From Octopus sinensis (taxonomy: Eukaryota): a DNA stretch of 64,000 nucleotides. The number at the start of each line of letters is the position of its first letter. Position 1 is the stretch's first letter. A program made the position numbers and the translations under genes. Below are positions 54,826 to 64,000 of the stretch, piece by piece. Below the pieces are notes generated by a model that was not told the origin of the DNA, did no database searches, and worked only from the letters and a program-made list of their open reading frames with translations. Where the stretch lies: NCBI RefSeq assembly GCF_006345805.1, contig NW_021824954.1, positions 186,001 through 250,000 on the forward strand, read 5' to 3'.

Positions 54826-56072
54826 CGAGGGACGTTCAATAAGAAATGCCTCTGACCCACTTACAGTTGTTTGATCTAGCTGAAATTCTGCATGTGCAAT
54901 CAGTTATATCTCTATAGAGTAAGTGGCAAATTACAGCTCTGAATTAATTGTGGTTTGTGATTTACAGGTGTTTGAACTGAATCAAGTGTGAAATGGAGCC
55001 TGTTGAGTGTCGAGCAGTGATCCGGTTTTTGTATTTGAAAGGACGCACACCGCGGGAGACTTTTGATGAAATGAAAGTAACTTATGGTGATGATGCCCCA
55101 TCATATGACCTTGTAAAACGCTGGCATTGTGAATTCAAACATGGTCGGAACTCTGTGGAAACAGCTCCCAGATCTGGTCGTCCCCTTCTGCCATTGATGA
55201 GGCATCTGTCCGTCAAGTTGAGGCTGCCATTTTCGAAGATCGACGCATAATTATTCGCCAAATAGCCCATAAGGTCAAGATTAGTACCGGGTCTGTGGAA
55301 ACTATCATTCATGACCATTTGCATATGCAAAAGGTGTCTGCCAGATGGATTCCCAGGTTGCTCACGCCTTTCCAGAAGCAAGAACGCGTCGAGTGCTCGA
55401 GGGTGAATTTGGAGATGTGCCAAGATGAGTCAAAATTTTTCAAAAATGATGATCCATAGACCAAAGCCCAGTCAATGCAGTGAAAACACCGTGACTCACC
55501 TCCTCCAAAGAAGGCAAGGGTGCAGCCCTCCGCTGGCAAGGTCATGCTCACAGTCTTCTGGGACCAGCACGGAGTAGTGATGACAGATTTCCTGGCAAAG
55601 GGTACCACAATTGCAGGAGCCTATTATGCTTCACTTTTGAGGAAATTAAGAGAAGTTATCAAAATCAAGAGGCGGGGCAAGATCAGCAAAGGCATCCTCC
55701 TCCTGCAGGACAACGCTCCGGTTCACAACTCGCGTGTCGCCAGATCAGAAGCACAGGCGTATGGCTATGGACTCCTCCCCATCTTTCCTGACCTTGCACC
55801 CTCTGATTTTCACCTCTTCCCAATCATGAAGTTGTTTTTGAAAGGAAAGCGTTTCCCAGATGATGCAGCCTTGATTTCTGAAGTCACGTTGAGGTTGGAG
55901 GACCAAGCTGGGTTCTTCTACAAAAACGGTCTCCAGAGCCGCATCAAACGATGGGAGAAATGCATAACTCTGGGTGGTTCCTATGTTGAAAAAGACTAAT
56001 AACTGTGCCAAGTGTCGTTGCTCTACTGCTATGGGAAGTGGGTCAGGGGCATTACTTATTGAACGCCCCTCG
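54826..56072 (+). mobile_element. Full-length defective mariner element, family A copy 2
   Basis: TIRs CGAGGGACGTTCAATAAG / CTTATTGAACGCCCCTCG with TA TSD; C-terminal frame 55520-55999 has QDNAPVH and PDLAPSDFHLFP; small internal deletions. Confidence 0.95.
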
Positions 56073-56329
56073 TATATATATATATATGCGCAAGATAAAC
56101 ACATATAAATGTATGTGCGTGTGTGTGTGTGTATTTACGTGTATAGTAACAATATCGTGCAGCCAAAAATGACGGCATTTTAAAAGAGAAAAGCTGACAT
56201 TATTTCCATGTATATAATATAGACTTGTTACAGTACTTTATATACTTCCAGTCTACATTCTGATTAAACTTCGTTTACAAAAAGTAGTATGTTTTGTCAT
56301 TTATCAATGTAATATAAATTATCGGGCTC

Positions 56330-56598
56330 ATAAGGTTGTGAGTTCGATTCTCGGGGTGTATGTTGTGTTCATCTCATGTTGCTCCAGTCCACTCAGCTGT
56401 AGAAATGAGTTGCAATATCACTAGTACCAAGCTGTATCGGCCTTTGCATTTCCCTTGGATAACATCAGTGGCGTGGGAGGCTGGTATACATGGGCAACTG
56501 CTGGTATTCCGTAAACAGCCTTGTCCGGACTTGTGCCTCGGAGGGGAACGTTTTAGGTGCAAACTCATGGTCATTCGTGACCGAAGCGGGTCTTTAAC
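56330..56598 (+). mobile_element. SINE family D
   Basis: Homologous to 39990-40280. Confidence 0.82.
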
Positions 56599-56849
56599 CT
56601 TTCTATAATTATCTTTATGATATGCATTATATATAAAGCTGTTACAAGAAACATCATAATATGCAAATTTTATACAATATATACCTGTTTGTAGGTCGTA
56701 TATAAAATATACATTTTAACATTGAATATATACATTGTACACTGCATCATACATTATTGAGTATGATTTAAACATTTCTGCCTTGAATCTTTTTAGTGAG
56801 CATAGTTGAATGCCATACCCATGGTGATTTTTACTATACATACATACAT

Positions 56850-56863
56850 ACATACATGCATAT

Positions 56864-56953
<90 letters not shown>

Positions 56954-58979
56954 TCGTGAGCCGCGGGCGCGCCTGGGGTGCGGCCGGCTCCATATGCGTG
57001 CGTGTGTGTGTGTTGTGTGTGTTTGTGTGTGTGCGTGTGTATGCGTGTGTGTATACATACATACACACATACATGCATGCATGCACGCGCGCACACATAC
57101 ATACCTACATACACACACGTACACATACTTACACACATACACACATACATACATACATACATACACACATACGCACACACATACATACCTACACACATAC
57201 ATACATACACACACACATAAACACACACATATACACACACATACATACATACACAAGACATACATACATACATACAGACATACATCCATACACTCACACA
57301 TACATACATACACACCCACATACACACGCACACGCATACATACATACATTACGCCCACACAACTCCAGAGGAAACCCCACGCACACACACATACATTCAC
57401 ACACACACACACATACGTACACACACATACATACATACATACATTCATACTTTCATTCATACATACATACACACACACACACAAACATACACATACACAC
57501 ACACATACATACATACACACATACATACACACATACATACACACATACACACACACACGCATACACACATATATACACACATACATACACACACATACAT
57601 ATACACACACATAAACGCACATACACATATACATACACTCATACATACACACACACATACATACGCACATGCATGCATACATACATACACACACATACAC
57701 ACATACACGCATGCACACATGCATACATACATACACACACATACACACATGCACACATACATACATACACACACACATACATACATGCATACATACACAC
57801 ACACACTTACACACATACACACATACATACATACATACATACATACACACATACACACACATACATACATACATACACACATACATACACGCACACACAC
57901 ACATACACACATACACATACACATACACACACACATACTTACATACACTCATACGGACATACACACATACACACTCAAACACATATACCTACATACACAC
58001 ACACATACCTACATACACACACACATACCTACATACACACTCGCATGCACACGCGCACACATGCATGCGCGCGCGCACGCACACATACATACATGCATGC
58101 ACGCATGCCTGTGGGGTCTGGCTTTATTTCGGGCGCACGTCGGAGCGTGTGCGTGTGTGCCTGTAGATTCGCATGCGCCCGCACCGCAAGAGTCTTTTCC
58201 ATCAGTCTTTCAGTTGCGAAGTGTGTCCTTGCATGCATATATATACACACATATAAACATATAACACACATATAAACCCCTACATTTGTACACACACGCA
58301 CATACATACATACATTCACTCCCACGCACGTACACACACACATTTACATATATATACAATACACGCACACACACATACACACATACAAACACACACTAAT
58401 TCACACACACACTGACACATATACATACACACAGCATATACCTCCACGCGCACACACACATACACCTACGTATACACATATAAGCACAGACACACACATA
58501 CATACGCACACCAAAACATACGCACACATATGCACGCACACGCGCAAAAAGAAACTCACAACCCCACGGATACACGCATATGCATCCATTTACGATTACA
58601 CACACACACATACAAACGCACACATACACGCACATACATACACACGCACACACACAAATGAACCCACACATACATCCTATACGGCACACAACCATACATA
58701 CACGCACACACATACACGCACACAATTATACATACGTATATATACACACACACGCACGTACAAGCACACACGCACACCTACACTAAGTTAAGCACAGTTA
58801 CTCGCCATACACACAAAAAAGCGCACACGTACACACACATACTACAACAAAATGCACACACGATACATATACACGCACACACACATACCTCCTTGTTTCT
58901 GACCTGCCTTTCTGACTTGCTAGGGTACCCCCACACCACCCCTTAATTCTACTACTGCCTGCTACTAGCCATTGTCCAC

Positions 58980-59016
<37 letters not shown>

Positions 59017-59331
59017 ACACACTCACACACACTTGTCATCTTGCACACCTTTTTTACCATTCCTTCTTTGATATAACTCTCTTGTTTTTAAAAACATTTT
59101 CCTCCATTTTTACCACTTCCGTCTTTTTAGTATGTGAACTCGTGAATACCACCGGCGATTTTTTTTCCTCTGTCCCCCCGTCTAGGGATCTTTCTTTCTC
59201 CTATTTTTCCGACGAAGAGCTCCGCTCGAAACGTCAAACCCTCCTTCTTCCCTTCTTTCCTGAGCGTCCAATAATACTTTATTTGTTTCACATCCTTGCG
59301 TTGTTGTCTTTTTGTTTCCTTGTTTGGATTA

Positions 59332-59403
<72 letters not shown>

Positions 59404-59589
59404 TCGTGAGCCGCGGGCGCGCCTGGGGTGCGGCCGGCTCCATATGCGTGCGTGTGTGTGTGTTGTGTGTGTTGTGTGTGTGCGTGTGTATGCGTGTGTG
59501 TATACATACATACACACATACATGCATGCATGCACGCGCGCACACATACATACCTACATACACACACGTACACATACTTACACACATAC

Positions 59590-59620
<31 letters not shown>

Positions 59621-61827
59621 TACGTACACACACATACATACACACACACATACATACACACACACACATAAACACACACATATACACACACATACATACA
59701 TACACAAGACATACATACATACATACAGACATACATCCATACACTCACACATACATACATACACACCCACATACACACGCACACACACACATACATACAC
59801 ACATACATACATACATTACGCCCACACAACTCCAGAGGAAACCCCACGCACACACACACATACATTCACACACACACACACATACGTACACACACATACA
59901 TACATACATACATTCATACTTTCATTCATACATACATACACACACATACACACACATACACATACACACACACATACATACATACACACATACATACACA
60001 CATACATACACACATACACCACACACACATACACACATACATACACACACATACATACACACACATACATATACACACACATAAACGCACATACACATAT
60101 ACATACACTCATACATACACACACACATACATACGCACATGCATGCATACATACATACACACACATACACACATACACGCATGCACACATGCATACATAC
60201 ATACATACACACACATACACACATGCACACATACATACATACACACACACACATACATACATGCATACATACACACACACACACTTACACACATACACAC
60301 ATACATACATACATACATACATACACACATACACACACATACATACATACATACACACATACATACACGCACACACACACATACACACATACACATACAC
60401 ATACACACACACATACTTACATACACTCATACGGACATACACACATACACACTCAAACACATATACCTACATACACACACACATACCTACATACACACAC
60501 ACATACCTACATACACACTCGCATGCACACGCGCACACATGCATGCGCGCGCGCACGCACACATACATACATACATGCATGCACGCATGCCTGTGGGGTC
60601 TGGCTTTATTTCGGGCGCACGTCGGAGCGTGTGCGTGTGTGCCTGTAGATTCGCATGCGCCCGCACCGCAAGAGTCTTTTCCATCAGTCTTTCAGTTGCG
60701 AAGTGTGTCCTTGCATGCATATATATACACACATATAAACATATAAACACACATATAAACCCCTACATTTGTACACACACGCACATACATACATACATTC
60801 ACTCCCACGCACGTACACACACACATTTACATATATATACAATACACGCACACACACACATACACACATACAAACACACACTAATTCACACACACACTGA
60901 CACATATACATACACACAGCATATACCTCCACGCGCACACACACATACACCTACGTATACACATATAAGCACAGACACACACATACATACGCACACCAAA
61001 ACATACGCACACATATGCACGCACACGCGCAAAAAGAAACTCACAACCCCACGGATACACGCATATGCATCCATTTACGATTACACACACACACATACAA
61101 ACGCACACATACACGCACATACATACACACGCACACACACAAATGAACCCACACATACATCCTATACGGCACACAACCATACATACACGCACACACATAC
61201 ACGCACACAATTATACATACGTATATATACACACACACGCACGTACAAGCACACACGCACACCTACACTAAGTTAAGCACAGTTACTCGCCATACACACA
61301 AAAAAGCGCACACGTACACACACATACATACATACACACATACATACACACACATACATATACACACACACACACATACCTCCTTGTTTCTGACCTGCCT
61401 TTCTGACTTGCTAGGGTACCCCCACACCACCCCTTAATTCTACTACTGCCTGCTACTAGCCATTGTCCACCATACACACACACACACAACACACACACAC
61501 ACACACACACGTACACACTCACACACACTTGTCATCTTGCACACCTTTTTTACCATTCCTTCTTTGATATAACTCTCTTGTTTTTAAAAACATTTTCCTC
61601 CATTTTTACCACTTCCGTCTTTTTAGTATGTGAACTCGTGAATACCACCGGCGATTTTTTTTCCTCTGTCCCCCCGTCTAGGGATCTTTCTTTCTCCTAT
61701 TTTTCCGACGAAGAGCTCCGCTCGAAACGTCAAACCCTCCTTCTTCCCTTCTTTCCTGAGCGTCCAATAATACTTTATTTGTTTCACATCCTTGCGTTGT
61801 TGTCTTTTTGTTTCCTTGTTTGGATTA

Positions 61828-61885
<58 letters not shown>
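56850..61885. repeat. Tandem duplication of a 2.45-2.5 kb CA-rich unit, delimited by three (TA)n tracts
   Basis: cattcgtgagccgcgggcgc at 56951 and 59401; ctcgccatac at 58801 and 61286; pLTR-like end at 59080-59334 and 61570-61832. Confidence 0.95.
59206..59238 (+). ncRNA. Ultra-minimal hammerhead-like motif, U4C variant (second copy at 61702-61734)
   Basis: ttt-CCGACGA-a-gagc-tcc-gctc-GAAA-cg-TC-aaa. Confidence 0.55.
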
Positions 61886-61887
<2 letters not shown>

Positions 61888-62199
61888 TTCACGATCTTTT
61901 ATTCCATTATTTTTTGTAAGGAAACAATGAAACTTCCATGATCATACTTTCTCAGATTATACGTGTTGTACATAATAAATACACAAAGAAGAAGTTCATT
62001 ATAGATGAAAATAATAAGCGTCGTTATAAATTTTCGTCGATTATTTTCGTTCTCATATTGAGATGAATCATAACCTTCTTCGTAAGTTCTGCCGCAGAAC
62101 TGAATCACGTGGTAAAAAAATTATGTAAACAATGTATACAAATGGATAATTTAGCGGGGAAGAAAAAATATATAGTTTGTATGTATGTATAAGAACAGC

Positions 62200-62900
62200 C
62201 TATAACAGGAAGCAATCTAGAAGCACCTATATAGTCCCAAGCGTTCAACGCAAAAATAAAATTGAGTACATCCTAGTTGACAAACGATGCATATTGCAAA
62301 GACGTCTCAGTAGTAGCGTCATTTAACACAGGCGTTGATCATCGCTTGCTGCGAGCGAAGATCGTGATCAATGAAATTAAAGGGAAAAAGGCTATGCATA
62401 TCTCATTGTAGAGTCAATGTGTGAAGCAGCTGCAGGAAGTTATCAAGAAGGAAATTTGGAATTAGCTTGAAGAACTGGATGAGAACTACAATTTGGCTGG
62501 TCCAGAAAATTAAAAACTGCATATGGAAAGCAGAAACTGCAAGCCAGCGGGAACCTGACGGAAGAATCTCGGAGGAGACGGAGAAAATGCTATAGAAACG
62601 GAAAACTATGAAGAGGAGTACAAAATATCGCTTCGAGTATTTCGTTATTTGCAATGCGATCAGACATCTAAGAAAGGACTTCGAGAATTATAGACTGAGG
62701 AAATTGATGCAGGCTGCAGAAGAAAAGAAAAGTCTTAAAAGATGCAGGAGAGGGCTGAAACTCTGTAGGTCGGATGTGCAAGCAAATTTCCGTAGGGAGT
62801 ATGGTAAGATAGATCACATATTCACATGGCTCATAGAACGATCAGAAGACTACAAGCTACCTTTGAGTATCACTTTTGTTGATTACGAAAAGGCCTGCAA
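62200..62900 (+). mobile_element. Degenerate RTE LINE fragment
   Basis: DHRLLRAKI and IDHIFTWLIERSEDYKLPLSITFVDYEKA. Confidence 0.75.
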
Positions 62901-63783
62901 GATGGCCAATATTAACCAGGTGATGGATATTTTTGGCGACACATTTATCACTCTAACTTTTGCAAGGCGTTGACCGCAATAACCGTGGATTAAAAAGAGT
63001 TCATTCCTCGGGAATGAAACAGCTTCTTGTTCAGTCCCAAATCGCATTTCAATCGTGCCAAACTTCTTTCCTCGACTGATGTAGGTCTTGTGCACACATA
63101 CGCGTCAAGGCATTTTGAATCTAGGCCTCAGTAGCGTTTTCCACACGGCGCGATTTTGCTCTGATATTTTCTATTACTCGGGTGGAGGGTTGAGGACTAC
63201 TCGTCTCTCATTCTTTTTTTACAATTTGTTTGAGCAATTTTCATTCTTATTTATTTACGCAGAAACTTTGCACTCGCAAGAGAAATACCCTTTTCAGCAT
63301 CTCTTGTGGTTGTAGTGATTGTAGACTTGGTATTGTTGTTGTTAGTGGAATTGTAAAATATATTGTTGAATTGTAGATTTGTTGAACTGTCAAAAGTTTT
63401 GAAGCTGCCAGCAAACAAAAGTGTGTTACCTTTAGCCTTTAAATTTGTGTTCGTTTTCACTAGCGTGGCGGTGATGTCATTACTGTAGTCAAGGCTGTGT
63501 CAGTAGTCTCTTGCTTTTGGGACATGGAACGCATCCCATCATGGAACATTATAATTAATTCTTTTTCTGCCATGATTTAAAATATTTGTAAGATATCAAA
63601 ATATTTGCTTTTTCAAGATAGTTTAAGATAGTTAAAAAGTATTGATGTGTACCTCTTGCAAAACAAGGTGTGTCTCTAAACTGAAATGCTACAAGTGCAG
63701 ACCAGAAAGCTGTACCAATAAAAATGAATGAATTGGGCCTTACAGAGCTCCTGGTTTCCGTGACTTTGCAGTATGGCGGCCTT

Positions 63784-63784
63784 A

Positions 63785-63846
<62 letters not shown>

Positions 63847-63866
63847 AATAATAATAATAATAATAA
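63784..63866. repeat. (GAT)n(AAT)n microsatellite
   Basis: Direct inspection. Confidence 0.97.
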
Positions 63867-64000
63867 ACGCCCTGATGCAGTGCCAGGCAGTTGTTCACAT
63901 AACTTCAGATCTTAACTGACTGGAAGTGTTATCATGTACATTGCTTTGTCTTGGTATAAAAGATGGGCTACGGCAAATATTCTGCTCAATACCACAGATT
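63866..64000 (+). repeat. Probable SINE fragment (family E), truncated by the window end
   Basis: acgccctgatgcagt.ccaggcagt...gtataaaagatgggctac recalled as a common octopus interspersed repeat; only one copy in this window. Confidence 0.45.

Overview
AT-rich eukaryotic genomic DNA, very probably from an octopus (inferred from memory of its SINE families and the density of (TA)n/(TACA)n microsatellites; no database search was run). The window is almost entirely repeats. These include a Penelope-like element (PLE) remnant with RT and GIY-YIG, several RTE-type and R4/Dong LINE fragments, three full-length but defective mariner elements, an internally deleted Gypsy-type LTR element, about six SINE or short-repeat families, many microsatellites and a 2.5 kb tandem duplication. 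Most ORFs in the track are microsatellite translations. The most interesting signal is a dense set of minimal type-I hammerhead ribozyme motifs from at least seven distinct sequence families. Each has a palindromic stem III, several sit in fold-back (inverted) duplications, and they tend to abut (TA)n tracts. Secondary candidates are a pre-miRNA-like hairpin, two in-phase plus-strand exons resembling an M13/neprilysin peptidase, and a few minus-strand exon candidates. No host gene could be identified with confidence.
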